In this document: positions 17,081 through 34,535 of the stretch, piece after piece | Layout of the letters: the number at the start of each line of letters is the position of its first letter | Numbering within the stretch: position 1 is the stretch's first letter | Sequence record: NC_000866.4 | Reading direction: 5' to 3' (one strand) | Length of the DNA: 64,000 bases | Source: Escherichia phage T4 | The notes under the pieces: model-generated | What the model was told of the DNA's origin: nothing | The model's database searches: none | Seen by the model: the letters and a program-made list of their open reading frames with translations, nothing else | Made by a program: the position numbers and the translations under genes

Positions 17081-19063
17081 ATGGCAAATACCCCTGTAAA
17101 TTATCAATTAACAAGAACAGCAAATGCTATTCCCGAGATATTCGTCGGGGGTACATTTGCTGAAATAAAACAAAACCTCATTGAATGGCTTAATGGCCAA
17201 AATGAATTTTTGGATTATGATTTTGAAGGCTCAAGATTAAACGTTCTGTGTGACCTTTTAGCTTATAATACATTATACATTCAGCAGTTTGGTAATGCTG
17301 CTGTGTATGAAAGCTTTATGCGTACTGCTAACTTACGAAGTTCAGTTGTTCAAGCTGCACAAGATAACGGATATTTACCTACTTCAAAATCCGCTGCGCA
17401 GACCGAAATTATGTTAACATGCACTGACGCATTGAATAGGAATTACATTACTATTCCTCGCGGAACTCGCTTTTTAGCATATGCAAAAGATACTTCTGTT
17501 AATCCATATAACTTCGTTTCTAGGGAAGACGTTATTGCTATTCGTGATAAAAATAACCAATATTTTCCGCGTTTAAAATTGGCCCAGGGACGTATAGTAA
17601 GAACTGAAATCATTTATGATAAATTAACACCTATTATCATTTATGATAAAAATATTGATAGAAACCAGGTTAAATTATACGTTGATGGAGCGGAATGGAT
17701 TAACTGGACGAGAAAGTCAATGGTTCATGCTGGTTCAACATCAACGATTTACTATATGCGTGAAACTATTGATGGAAACACTGAATTCTATTTTGGTGAA
17801 GGTGAAATTTCTGTTAATGCTTCTGAAGGAGCTTTGACCGCTAATTATATCGGAGGTCTTAAACCTACTCAGAACTCTACGATTGTTATTGAGTACATTA
17901 GTACTAATGGTGCTGACGCGAACGGAGCAGTCGGATTTTCATACGCAGATACATTAACAAATATAACTGTCATCAATATTAATGAAAATCCAAACGATGA
18001 TCCAGATTTTGTTGGGGCAGATGGAGGCGGTGATCCAGAAGATATTGAGCGTATTCGCGAATTGGGTACTATTAAACGCGAAACCCAACAACGATGCGTA
18101 ACTGCGACTGACTATGATACATTCGTTTCAGAGAGATTTGGTTCTATTATTCAAGCTGTTCAGACTTTCACTGATTCTACTAAACCTGGGTATGCATTTA
18201 TTGCTGCTAAACCTAAATCAGGATTGTATTTAACTACCGTACAGCGTGAAGATATTAAAAATTATCTCAAAGACTATAATTTAGCTCCTATTACGCCATC
18301 AATTATTTCTCCTAATTATCTTTTTATTAAGACTAATTTAAAAGTCACATATGCTTTAAATAAACTGCAAGAATCCGAACAGTGGCTTGAAGGTCAAATA
18401 ATTGATAAAATAGATCGCTATTATACCGAAGATGTAGAAATTTTTAACTCGTCTTTCGCTAAATCTAAGATGTTGACATATGTAGATGATGCAGATCATT
18501 CTGTCATTGGTTCATCAGCGACTATTCAAATGGTTCGTGAAGTACAAAACTTCTATAAAACGCCTGAAGCGGGTATTAAATACAATAATCAAATAAAAGA
18601 TCGTTCTATGGAATCTAATACGTTTTCATTTAATTCTGGACGAAAGGTTGTAAATCCTGATACTGGTTTAGAAGAAGATGTATTATATGACGTTCGTATA
18701 GTATCAACAGACCGAGATTCTAAAGGAATTGGTAAAGTTATTATTGGTCCATTTGCTTCTGGCGATGTTACAGAAAATGAAAACATTCAGCCGTATACAG
18801 GCAACGATTTTAACAAATTAGCAAATTCTGATGGACGCGACAAATACTATGTTATCGGTGAAATAAATTATCCAGCTGATGTGATTTATTGGAATATCGC
18901 TAAAATTAATTTAACATCTGAAAAATTTGAAGTTCAGACCATTGAATTATATTCTGACCCAACCGATGATGTTATCTTTACTCGCGATGGTTCACTGATT
19001 GTATTTGAAAATGACTTACGTCCACAATACTTAACTATCGATTTGGAGCCTATATCACAATGA
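17081..19063 (+). CDS. 6: baseplate wedge protein gp6
   Basis: 660-aa ORF, length and order as T4. Confidence 0.9.
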   Translation: MANTPVNYQLTRTANAIPEIFVGGTFAEIKQNLIEWLNGQNEFLDYDFEGSRLNVLCDLLAYNTLYIQQFGNAAVYESFMRTANLRSSVVQAAQDNGYLPTSKSAAQTEIMLTCTDALNRNYITIPRGTRFLAYAKDTSVNPYNFVSREDVIAIRDKNNQYFPRLKLAQGRIVRTEIIYDKLTPIIIYDKNIDRNQVKLYVDGAEWINWTRKSMVHAGSTSTIYYMRETIDGNTEFYFGEGEISVNASEGALTANYIGGLKPTQNSTIVIEYISTNGADANGAVGFSYADTLTNITVININENPNDDPDFVGADGGGDPEDIERIRELGTIKRETQQRCVTATDYDTFVSERFGSIIQAVQTFTDSTKPGYAFIAAKPKSGLYLTTVQREDIKNYLKDYNLAPITPSIISPNYLFIKTNLKVTYALNKLQESEQWLEGQIIDKIDRYYTEDVEIFNSSFAKSKMLTYVDDADHSVIGSSATIQMVREVQNFYKTPEAGIKYNNQIKDRSMESNTFSFNSGRKVVNPDTGLEEDVLYDVRIVSTDRDSKGIGKVIIGPFASGDVTENENIQPYTGNDFNKLANSDGRDKYYVIGEINYPADVIYWNIAKINLTSEKFEVQTIELYSDPTDDVIFTRDGSLIVFENDLRPQYLTIDLEPISQ

Positions 19064-22000
19064 CAGTAAAAGCACCTTCAGTCACTAGTCTCAGAATTTC
19101 CAAGTTATCCGCAAATCAGGTGCAAGTACGCTGGGATGACGTTGGTGCTAATTTCTACTATTTTGTAGAAATCGCTGAGACAAAAACAAACTCGGGGGAA
19201 AATCTCCCGAGTAATCAATATCGTTGGATTAATTTAGGATATACAGCAAATAATAGTTTCTTTTTTGATGATGCTGATCCATTAACAACATACATTATTA
19301 GAGTAGCCACAGCTGCGCAAGATTTTGAGCAGTCTGATTGGATTTATACCGAAGAGTTTGAAACTTTTGCTACAAATGCTTATACATTTCAAAACATGAT
19401 TGAAATGCAATTAGCCAATAAATTCATTCAGGAAAAATTTACTCTTAATAATTCTGATTATGTTAATTTTAATAATGATACTATAATGGCTGCATTGATG
19501 AATGAATCATTCCAATTCAGCCCATCGTATGTTGATGTTTCATCAATAAGTAATTTTATTATTGGTGAAAATGAGTATCATGAAATACAAGGTTCTATTC
19601 AGCAAGTATGTAAGGATATTAACCGAGTTTATTTGATGGAATCAGAAGGAATTCTATATCTTTTTGAGCGCTATCAACCTGTAGTTAAAGTATCCAATGA
19701 TAAAGGACAAACCTGGAAAGCTGTAAAGCTCTTCAATGACCGTGTAGGATATCCTTTATCTAAGACAGTATATTACCAATCTGCGAACACAACATACGTT
19801 CTAGGATACGACAAGATTTTCTATGGCCGCAAATCTACTGATGTTAGATGGTCAGCCGATGATGTCAGATTTAGTTCTCAGGATATAACATTTGCTAAAC
19901 TTGGCGACCAATTACATCTAGGATTTGATGTAGAAATTTTTGCCACTTACGCGACTTTACCAGCGAATGTATACCGCATTGCAGAAGCTATTACTTGCAC
20001 CGATGATTACATTTACGTTGTCGCCAGAGACAAAGTTAGATACATAAAAACGAGTAATGCACTTATAGATTTTGATCCATTATCTCCAACATATTCGGAA
20101 AGACTTTTTGAACCTGATACCATGACTATAACCGGAAATCCTAAAGCAGTATGCTATAAAATGGATTCTATCTGTGATAAAGTTTTTGCTCTTATTATTG
20201 GTGAAGTTGAAACATTAAATGCTAATCCTAGAACATCAAAAATAATTGATTCCGCTGATAAAGGAATATATGTTTTAAATCATGACGAAAAAACATGGAA
20301 AAGAGTTTTTGGTAATACCGAAGAAGAAAGAAGACGTATTCAACCCGGATATGCGAATATGTCAACTGACGGTAAATTAGTTTCTCTGTCTTCGAGTAAT
20401 TTTAAATTTTTAAGTGATAATGTTGTTAATGACCCTGAAACTGCAGCAAAATATCAGTTAATTGGCGCTGTTAAATATGAATTTCCTCGTGAATGGTTAG
20501 CTGATAAGCATTATCATATGATGGCATTTATAGCGGATGAAACATCTGATTGGGAGACTTTTACTCCTCAACCAATGAAATACTACGCAGAACCATTCTT
20601 TAACTGGTCTAAAAAATCTAACACACGTTGTTGGATAAACAACTCTGATAGAGCTGTGGTAGTTTATGCTGATTTAAAATACACTAAAGTTATAGAAAAT
20701 ATTCCGGAAACATCACCAGATAGATTAGTTCATGAATACTGGGATGATGGTGATTGCACTATAGTAATGCCAAATGTCAAATTCACTGGATTTAAAAAAT
20801 ACGCATCAGGAATGCTTTTCTATAAAGCCTCCGGTGAAATAATTTCTTACTATGATTTTAACTATCGTGTGAGAGATACAGTAGAAATTATTTGGAAGCC
20901 AACTGAAGTATTTTTAAAAGCATTTTTACAAAACCAAGAGCATGAGACTCCTTGGTCACCAGAAGAAGAGCGTGGATTAGCTGACCCTGATTTAAGACCA
21001 TTAATTGGCACAATGATGCCTGATTCTTATTTGTTACAGGATTCGAATTTTGAGGCATTTTGCGAAGCATATATTCAGTATCTTTCTGATGGATATGGAA
21101 CTCAATACAATAATTTACGAAATTTAATTCGTAACCAATATCCACGAGAAGAGCACGCATGGGAATATTTGTGGTCAGAGATATATAAAAGAAACATTTA
21201 TTTAAATGCTGATAAACGCGATGCTGTTGCGAGATTCTTTGAATCACGTAGCTATGATTTTTATTCTACTAAAGGAATTGAAGCATCATACAAGTTTCTT
21301 TTTAAAGTTCTTTATAATGAAGAAGTTGAAATTGAAATTGAATCTGGGGCTGGTACTGAATATGATATAATCGTTCAATCTGATTCTTTGACTGAAGATT
21401 TAGTAGGACAAACGATTTATACGGCAACAGGAAGATGTAATGTTACTTATATAGAAAGAAGCTATTCTAATGGTAAATTGCAATGGACCGTAACTATTCA
21501 TAATCTTTTGGGACGATTAATTGCTGGTCAAGAAGTTAAAGCAGAAAGACTCCCTAGTTTTGAAGGCGAAATTATTCGTGGGGTTAAAGGAAAGGATTTG
21601 CTTCAAAACAATATAGACTATATTAATAGAAGTAGATCATACTATGTAATGAAAATTAAATCCAATTTACCTTCTTCCCGCTGGAAATCTGACGTTATTC
21701 GTTTTGTTCATCCAGTAGGATTTGGATTTATAGCAATTACCCTTTTAACAATGTTTATTAATGTTGGTTTAACTCTTAAACATACAGAGACTATAATTAA
21801 TAAATACAAAAACTATAAATGGGATTCTGGATTGCCTACTGAATATGCCGACAGAATAGCTAAATTAACTCCAACCGGTGAAATTGAGCATGATTCAGTA
21901 ACAGGCGAAGCAATTTATGAGCCTGGCCCAATGGCTGGTGTAAAATATCCTCTTCCTGATGACTATAATGCTGAAAATAATAATTCAATATTTCAAGGTC

Positions 22001-22158
22001 AATTGCCGTCTGAACGACGTAAATTAATGAGTCCTTTATTTGATGCATCTGGAACAACATTTGCGCAATTTAGAGATTTAGTTAATAAACGTCTAAAAGA
22101 TAATATAGGAAATCCAAGAGACCCTGAAAATCCAACACAGGTTAAAATAGATGAATGA
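19060..22158 (+). CDS. 7: baseplate wedge protein gp7
   Basis: 1032-aa ORF, ATGA-coupled to gene 6. Confidence 0.9.
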   Translation: MTVKAPSVTSLRISKLSANQVQVRWDDVGANFYYFVEIAETKTNSGENLPSNQYRWINLGYTANNSFFFDDADPLTTYIIRVATAAQDFEQSDWIYTEEFETFATNAYTFQNMIEMQLANKFIQEKFTLNNSDYVNFNNDTIMAALMNESFQFSPSYVDVSSISNFIIGENEYHEIQGSIQQVCKDINRVYLMESEGILYLFERYQPVVKVSNDKGQTWKAVKLFNDRVGYPLSKTVYYQSANTTYVLGYDKIFYGRKSTDVRWSADDVRFSSQDITFAKLGDQLHLGFDVEIFATYATLPANVYRIAEAITCTDDYIYVVARDKVRYIKTSNALIDFDPLSPTYSERLFEPDTMTITGNPKAVCYKMDSICDKVFALIIGEVETLNANPRTSKIIDSADKGIYVLNHDEKTWKRVFGNTEEERRRIQPGYANMSTDGKLVSLSSSNFKFLSDNVVNDPETAAKYQLIGAVKYEFPREWLADKHYHMMAFIADETSDWETFTPQPMKYYAEPFFNWSKKSNTRCWINNSDRAVVVYADLKYTKVIENIPETSPDRLVHEYWDDGDCTIVMPNVKFTGFKKYASGMLFYKASGEIISYYDFNYRVRDTVEIIWKPTEVFLKAFLQNQEHETPWSPEEERGLADPDLRPLIGTMMPDSYLLQDSNFEAFCEAYIQYLSDGYGTQYNNLRNLIRNQYPREEHAWEYLWSEIYKRNIYLNADKRDAVARFFESRSYDFYSTKGIEASYKFLFKVLYNEEVEIEIESGAGTEYDIIVQSDSLTEDLVGQTIYTATGRCNVTYIERSYSNGKLQWTVTIHNLLGRLIAGQEVKAERLPSFEGEIIRGVKGKDLLQNNIDYINRSRSYYVMKIKSNLPSSRWKSDVIRFVHPVGFGFIAITLLTMFINVGLTLKHTETIINKYKNYKWDSGLPTEYADRIAKLTPTGEIEHDSVTGEAIYEPGPMAGVKYPLPDDYNAENNNSIFQGQLPSERRKLMSPLFDASGTTFAQFRDLVNKRLKDNIGNPRDPENPTQVKIDE

Positions 22159-23155
22159 TTCAAGTGTTATCTATCGTGCGATAGTTACTTCAAAATTTAG
22201 AACAGAAAAAATGTTGAATTTTTATAATTCAATTGGAAGTGGTCCGGATAAAAACACTATCTTTATCACATTTGGAAGATCAGAACCGTGGTCATCAAAT
22301 GAAAATGAGGTGGGCTTTGCCCCACCTTATCCAACCGATTCTGTATTAGGCGTAACTGACATGTGGACGCATATGATGGGAACAGTAAAAGTTCTTCCAT
22401 CAATGCTTGATGCTGTTATTCCTCGCAGAGATTGGGGAGATACTAGATATCCGGATCCATACACATTTAGAATTAACGATATTGTAGTGTGTAACTCAGC
22501 TCCTTACAACGCTACTGAATCAGGCGCTGGTTGGTTAGTGTATCGTTGTTTAGATGTTCCTGATACCGGAATGTGTTCAATAGCATCTTTAACTGATAAA
22601 GATGAATGCCTTAAGTTAGGTGGAAAATGGACTCCTTCTGCTAGGTCAATGACTCCGCCTGAAGGTCGAGGAGATGCTGAAGGAACAATTGAACCCGGAG
22701 ACGGGTATGTGTGGGAATATCTATTTGAGATTCCGCCTGATGTATCTATAAATAGATGCACGAATGAATATATCGTGGTTCCTTGGCCTGAGGAATTAAA
22801 AGAAGACCCGACTAGATGGGGATATGAAGATAATCTCACTTGGCAACAAGATGATTTTGGATTAATTTACCGTGTTAAGGCAAATACTATCCGTTTTAAA
22901 GCATATTTAGATTCAGTTTATTTTCCTGAAGCTGCATTACCAGGAAATAAAGGATTTAGACAAATATCAATAATCACGAATCCTCTTGAAGCTAAAGCTC
23001 ATCCAAATGACCCAAACGTTAAAGCTGAAAAGGATTATTATGACCCAGAAGATTTAATGAGGCATTCGGGTGAAATGATTTATATGGAAAATAGGCCACC
23101 TATTATTATGGCAATGGATCAAACAGAAGAAATCAATATTCTGTTTACATTTTAA
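22151..23155 (+). CDS. 8: baseplate wedge protein gp8
   Basis: 334-aa ORF overlapping the gene 7 end. Confidence 0.9.
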   Translation: MNDSSVIYRAIVTSKFRTEKMLNFYNSIGSGPDKNTIFITFGRSEPWSSNENEVGFAPPYPTDSVLGVTDMWTHMMGTVKVLPSMLDAVIPRRDWGDTRYPDPYTFRINDIVVCNSAPYNATESGAGWLVYRCLDVPDTGMCSIASLTDKDECLKLGGKWTPSARSMTPPEGRGDAEGTIEPGDGYVWEYLFEIPPDVSINRCTNEYIVVPWPEELKEDPTRWGYEDNLTWQQDDFGLIYRVKANTIRFKAYLDSVYFPEAALPGNKGFRQISIITNPLEAKAHPNDPNVKAEKDYYDPEDLMRHSGEMIYMENRPPIIMAMDQTEEINILFTF

Positions 23156-23160
23156 ATTAA

Positions 23161-23185
23161 GGGAGCCCATGGGCTCCCTTTTTCT
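23161..23185 (+). terminator. rho-independent terminator after gene 8
   Basis: GGGAGCCCATGGGCTCCC perfect hairpin followed by TTTTT. Confidence 0.7.
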
Positions 23186-23186
23186 T

Positions 23187-23194
23187 TATAAATA
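23187..23194 (+). promoter_or_regulatory. late promoter TATAAATA for gene 9
   Basis: exact TATAAATA 25 nt upstream of the gene 9 start. Confidence 0.65.
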
Positions 23195-23218
23195 CTATAA
23201 ACTCATAAGGAAACCGCT

Positions 23219-24085
23219 ATGTTCATTCAAGAACCAAAGAAATTGATTGATACCGGCGAAATTGGTAACGCTTCTACTGGTGATATCTTATTCGACGGTG
23301 GTAATAAAATTAATAGTGATTTTAACGCAATTTATAATGCGTTTGGCGATCAGCGTAAAATGGCAGTAGCAAATGGCACTGGAGCAGATGGTCAAATTAT
23401 CCATGCTACTGGATATTATCAAAAACACTCTATTACAGAGTACGCAACTCCAGTGAAAGTTGGCACTAGACATGATATTGATACCTCTACTGTAGGTGTT
23501 AAAGTTATCATTGAAAGAGGCGAACTCGGCGATTGTGTTGAATTCATTAACTCTAATGGATCAATATCAGTTACTAATCCTTTGACAATTCAAGCTATTG
23601 ATTCAATTAAAGGTGTTTCAGGTAATTTAGTAGTAACTAGCCCATATAGTAAAGTTACTTTACGCTGTATTTCATCTGATAATTCTACGTCGGTTTGGAA
23701 TTATTCTATTGAAAGTATGTTTGGACAAAAGGAATCACCAGCTGAAGGTACATGGAATATTTCTACATCTGGATCAGTTGACATTCCATTATTTCATCGT
23801 ACTGAATACAATATGGCTAAATTGCTAGTTACGTGCCAATCGGTAGATGGAAGAAAAATTAAAACAGCAGAAATAAATATTCTTGTGGATACTGTTAATT
23901 CAGAGGTAATTTCTTCTGAATATGCTGTCATGCGAGTTGGGAATGAAACCGAAGAAGACGAAATCGCTAATATTGCATTTAGTATTAAAGAAAATTATGT
24001 AACGGCGACTATAAGTTCTTCAACTGTCGGTATGAGAGCAGCAGTTAAAGTTATCGCTACGCAGAAAATCGGGGTGGCTCAATAA
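23219..24085 (+). CDS. 9: baseplate protein gp9 (long tail fibre socket)
   Basis: 288-aa ORF. Confidence 0.9.
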   Translation: MFIQEPKKLIDTGEIGNASTGDILFDGGNKINSDFNAIYNAFGDQRKMAVANGTGADGQIIHATGYYQKHSITEYATPVKVGTRHDIDTSTVGVKVIIERGELGDCVEFINSNGSISVTNPLTIQAIDSIKGVSGNLVVTSPYSKVTLRCISSDNSTSVWNYSIESMFGQKESPAEGTWNISTSGSVDIPLFHRTEYNMAKLLVTCQSVDGRKIKTAEINILVDTVNSEVISSEYAVMRVGNETEEDEIANIAFSIKENYVTATISSSTVGMRAAVKVIATQKIGVAQ

Positions 24086-25893
24086 TGAAACAAAATATTA
24101 ATATCGGTAATGTTGTAGATGATGGTACCGGTGACTACCTGCGTAAAGGTGGTATAAAAATAAATGAAAACTTTGATGAGCTTTATTATGAACTCGGTGA
24201 TGGTGATGTTCCATATTCAGCCGGTGCCTGGAAAACTTATAATGCTTCATCAGGACAAACATTAACAGCAGAATGGGGAAAATCATACGCTATTAATACA
24301 TCTTCTGGAAGAGTGACTATAAATCTTCCAAAGGGTACAGTTAATGATTACAACAAGGTAATTAGAGCTAGAGACGTATTTGCTACATGGAACGTCAACC
24401 CAGTTACACTAGTAGCTGCTTCCGGCGATACGATTAAAGGGTCTGCAGTACCAGTTGAAATTAATGTTCGATTCAGCGATTTAGAACTAGTGTATTGTGC
24501 CCCAGGACGTTGGGAATATGTCAAAAATAAACAAATTGACAAAATTACCAGTTCAGACATTAGTAATGTAGCTCGCAAAGAATTTTTAGTTGAAGTTCAA
24601 GGACAAACAGACTTTTTAGATGTTTTCCGTGGAACTAGTTATAATGTAAATAACATCAGAGTAAAACATCGTGGTAACGAATTGTATTACGGCGATGTGT
24701 TTAGCGAAAACAGCGATTTTGGCTCTCCAGGCGAAAATGAAGGAGAACTGGTTCCTCTTGATGGATTTAACATTCGATTAAGACAGCCTTGTAATATTGG
24801 TGACACTGTTCAAATTGAAACATTTATGGATGGTGTATCACAGTGGAGAAGTTCATATACAAGACGTCAAATTAGATTGTTAGATTCAAAATTAACGTCA
24901 AAAACTTCTTTAGAAGGAAGCATTTACGTTACTGATTTATCAACAATGAAATCAATTCCATTTTCTGCTTTTGGATTAATTCCAGGAGAACCTATTAATC
25001 CTAACTCTCTTGAGGTTCGTTTTAACGGGATTTTACAGGAATTGGCTGGCACAGTTGGAATGCCATTATTTCATTGTGTTGGTGCCGATTCAGACGATGA
25101 AGTAGAATGCTCTGTTTTAGGTGGAACTTGGGAACAATCTCATACCGATTATTCAGTTGAAACTGATGAAAACGGCATACCAGAAATTTTACATTTCGAT
25201 AGCGTATTTGAGCATGGTGACATTATCAATATCACCTGGTTTAATAATGATTTGGGTACATTATTAACAAAAGATGAGATTATTGATGAAACTGATAATC
25301 TCTATGTATCGCAAGGACCTGGAGTAGATATTTCTGGTGATGTAAATTTAACAGACTTCGATAAAATTGGTTGGCCAAATGTAGAAGCAGTTCAATCTTA
25401 TCAACGCGCATTTAATGCTGTTTCAAATATCTTTGATACGATTTATCCTATTGGAACTATATATGAAAACGCTGTTAATCCAAATAACCCTGTTACATAT
25501 ATGGGATTCGGCTCATGGAAATTATTTGGGCAAGGAAAAGTTTTAGTTGGATGGAATGAAGATATTTCGGACCCTAACTTTGCTCTAAATAACAACGATT
25601 TAGATTCGGGTGGAAATCCTTCACATACCGCAGGTGGAACAGGTGGTTCTACTTCTGTTACATTGGAAAATGCTAATCTTCCTGCAACTGAAACAGATGA
25701 AGAAGTTCTAATAGTTGATGAAAATGGATCAGTCATTGTTGGTGGGTGTCAATACGATCCAGATGAATCCGGTCCAATTTACACTAAATACCGTGAAGCT
25801 AAAGCATCTACTAACTCTACTCACACTCCGCCAACATCAATAACTAACATTCAACCATATATTACAGTTTATCGTTGGATAAGGATTGCATAA
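24085..25893 (+). CDS. 10: baseplate wedge protein gp10
   Basis: 602-aa ORF, coupled to gene 9. Confidence 0.9.
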
Positions 25894-26552
25894 TGAGTTT
25901 ACTTAATAATAAAGCGGGAGTTATTTCCCGCTTAGCCGATTTTCTTGGTTTTAGACCTAAAACTGGCGACATTGATGTAATGAATCGTCAATCAGTCGGG
26001 TCAGTGACAATATCTCAATTAGCGAAAGGATTTTATGAACCAAACATAGAATCAGCTATTAATGACGTTCATAATTTTTCTATAAAAGACGTTGGCACAA
26101 TTATTACTAATAAAACTGGTGTTTCTCCTGAGGGTGTTTCTCAAACTGATTATTGGGCATTTTCTGGAACTGTAACAGACGATTCTCTTCCTCCGGGTTC
26201 TCCTATTACGGTATTAGTATTTGGTCTTCCAGTTTCAGCAACAACTGGAATGACGGCAATTGAGTTTGTTGCAAAAGTTCGCGTTGCACTACAAGAAGCT
26301 ATTGCGTCATTTACTGCTATCAATTCATATAAAGACCATCCAACTGATGGTAGTAAATTAGAAGTTACTTATTTAGATAATCAAAAACATGTATTAAGCA
26401 CATATTCTACATATGGAATAACTATTTCCCAAGAAATTATATCTGAGTCTAAGCCTGGCTATGGTACATGGAATTTATTGGGCGCACAAACTGTAACTTT
26501 AGATAATCAGCAGACTCCTACAGTATTTTATCATTTTGAGAGAACAGCATGA
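25893..26552 (+). CDS. 11: baseplate wedge protein gp11 (short tail fibre attachment)
   Basis: 219 aa from the ATG at 25893 (TAATG overlap with the gene 10 stop); the track ORF starts 6 codons upstream. Confidence 0.9.
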
Positions 26553-28132
26553 GTAATAATACATATCAACACGTTTCTAATGAATCTCGTTATGTAAAAT
26601 TTGATCCTACCGATACGAATTTTCCACCGGAGATTACTGATGTTCACGCTGCTATAGCAGCCATTTCTCCTGCTGGAGTAAATGGAGTTCCTGATGCATC
26701 GTCAACAACAAAGGGAATTCTATTTATTCCCACTGAACAGGAAGTTATAGATGGAACTAATAATACCAAAGCAGTTACACCAGCAACGTTGGCAACAAGA
26801 TTATCTTATCCAAATGCAACTGAAACTGTTTACGGATTAACAAGATATTCAACCAATGATGAAGCCATTGCCGGAGTTAATAATGAATCTTCTATAACTC
26901 CAGCTAAATTTACTGTCGCCCTTAATAATGCGTTTGAAACGCGAGTTTCAACTGAATCCTCAAATGGTGTTATTAAAATTTCATCTCTACCGCAAGCATT
27001 AGCTGGTGCAGATGATACTACTGCAATGACTCCATTAAAAACACAGCAGTTAGCTATTAAATTAATTGCGCAAATTGCTCCTTCTGAAACCACAGCTACC
27101 GAATCGGACCAAGGTGTTGTTCAATTAGCAACAGTAGCGCAGGTTCGTCAGGGAACTTTAAGAGAAGGCTATGCAATTTCTCCTTATACGTTTATGAATT
27201 CATCTTCTACTGAAGAATATAAAGGCGTAATTAAATTAGGAACACAATCAGAAGTTAACTCGAATAATGCTTCTGTTGCGGTTACTGGCGCAACTCTTAA
27301 TGGTCGTGGTTCTACGACGTCAATGAGAGGCGTAGTTAAATTAACTACAACCGCCGGTTCACAGAGTGGAGGCGATGCTTCATCAGCCTTAGCTTGGAAT
27401 GCTGACGTTATCCAGCAAAGAGGTGGTCAAATTATCTATGGAACACTCCGCATTGAAGACACATTTACAATAGCTAATGGTGGAGCAAATATTACGGGTA
27501 CCGTCAGAATGACTGGCGGTTATATTCAAGGTAACCGCATCGTAACACAAAATGAAATTGATAGAACTATTCCTGTCGGAGCTATTATGATGTGGGCCGC
27601 TGATAGTCTTCCTAGTGATGCTTGGCGCTTCTGCCATGGTGGAACTGTTTCAGCGTCAGATTGTCCATTATATGCTTCTAGAATTGGAACAAGATATGGC
27701 GGAAACCCATCAAATCCTGGATTGCCTGACATGCGTGGTCTTTTTGTTCGTGGTTCTGGTCGTGGTTCTCACTTAACAAATCCAAATGTTAATGGTAATG
27801 ACCAATTTGGTAAACCTAGATTAGGTGTAGGTTGTACCGGTGGATATGTTGGTGAAGTACAGATACAACAGATGTCTTATCATAAACATGCTGGTGGATT
27901 TGGTGAGCATGATGATCTGGGGGCATTCGGTAATACCCGTAGATCAAATTTTGTTGGTACACGTAAAGGACTTGACTGGGATAACCGTTCATACTTCACC
28001 AATGACGGATATGAAATTGACCCAGAATCACAACGAAATTCCAAATATACATTAAATCGTCCTGAATTAATTGGAAATGAAACACGTCCATGGAACATTT
28101 CTTTAAACTACATAATTAAGGTAAAAGAATGA
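26549..28132 (+). CDS. 12: short tail fibre gp12
   Basis: 527-aa ORF, coupled to gene 11. Confidence 0.9.
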
Positions 28133-29592
28133 CAGATATTGTACTGAATGACTTACCATTCGTTGACGGCCCTCCTGCAGAGGGCCAGAGCCGCATTTCC
28201 TGGATTAAAAACGGCGAAGAAATATTAGGAGCTGACACACAGTATGGAAGTGAAGGCTCAATGAATAGACCTACGGTTTCTGTACTAAGAAATGTTGAAG
28301 TTCTTGATAAAAACATTGGAATACTTAAAACATCTTTAGAAACCGCAAATAGTGATATTAAAACAATTCAGGGCATCTTAGATGTATCTGGTGATATTGA
28401 AGCTTTGGCCCAAATAGGTATCAATAAAAAGGATATTTCTGACCTCAAAACGCTAACCAGTGAACACACAGAAATATTAAATGGAACTAATAATACGGTT
28501 GACAGTATTCTTGCCGATATTGGTCCATTTAACGCCGAGGCCAACTCTGTATACAGAACGATCAGAAATGATTTACTGTGGATAAAGCGTGAACTTGGAC
28601 AATACACTGGTCAAGATATTAATGGTCTTCCTGTTGTAGGAAATCCTAGTAGTGGAATGAAGCATCGCATTATTAATAATACTGATGTCATCACTTCGCA
28701 GGGAATACGTTTAAGCGAATTAGAAACAAAATTTATTGAATCTGATGTAGGTTCTTTGACCATTGAAGTTGGTAATCTTCGTGAAGAGCTTGGACCGAAA
28801 CCACCATCATTTTCACAGAACGTTTATAGTCGTTTAAATGAAATTGACACTAAACAGACAACAGTTGAGTCTGACATTAGTGCTATTAAGACCTCAATAG
28901 GATATCCAGGAAATAATTCGATTATCACGAGTGTTAATACAAACACTGATAATATTGCATCTATTAATTTAGAGCTAAATCAAAGTGGAGGTATTAAACA
29001 GCGTTTAACCGTTATTGAAACTTCCATTGGTTCAGATGATATTCCTTCGAGTATTAAAGGTCAAATCAAAGATAATACAACTTCAATCGAATCTCTAAAT
29101 GGAATCGTCGGTGAAAACACTTCATCTGGCTTAAGAGCGAATGTTTCATGGTTAAACCAAATTGTTGGAACTGATTCTAGCGGTGGACAACCTTCTCCTC
29201 CTGGGTCTCTTTTAAACCGAGTTTCTACAATTGAAACTTCTGTTTCAGGCTTGAATAACGCTGTTCAAAACCTACAAGTAGAGATTGGTAATAACAGCGC
29301 AGGAATTAAAGGGCAAGTTGTAGCGTTAAATACTTTAGTAAATGGAACTAATCCAAACGGTTCAACTGTTGAAGAGCGCGGATTAACCAATTCAATAAAA
29401 GCTAACGAAACTAACATTGCATCAGTTACACAAGAAGTGAATACAGCTAAAGGCAATATATCTTCTTTACAAGGTGATGTTCAAGCTCTCCAAGAAGCCG
29501 GTTATATTCCTGAAGCTCCAAGAGATGGGCAAGCTTACGTTCGTAAAGATGGCGAATGGGTATTCCTTTCTACCTTTTTATCACCAGCATAA
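28129..29592 (+). CDS. wac: fibritin (whisker antigen control)
   Basis: 487-aa ORF with long segmented coiled-coil and C-terminal [27 protein letters not shown] foldon. Confidence 0.95.
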
Positions 29593-29595
29593 CAT

Positions 29596-29611
29596 GGGGC
29601 CGCAAGGCCCC
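29596..29611 (+). other. GC-rich GNRA-tetraloop hairpin after wac
   Basis: GGGGCC-GCAA-GGCCCC immediately after the wac stop; no U-tract, so more likely an RNA-stability or processing element than a strong terminator. Confidence 0.45.
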
Positions 29612-29623
29612 AAAGGATTTTAA

Positions 29624-31325
<1,702 letters not shown>

Positions 31326-31366
31326 TAAATATTATAAACTAATTAAAGCCCGGATTAGGAGAAGTC

Positions 31367-34507
<3,141 letters not shown>

Positions 34508-34535
34508 TATTAAAGCATATTAAAGAGGATTAAAA

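Noticed and set aside
31330-31350. Possible late promoter for gene 15 (AATAAATATTATAAAC)
   Set aside because: No exact TATAAATA; near-matches are common in this AT-rich spacer, so left uncalled.
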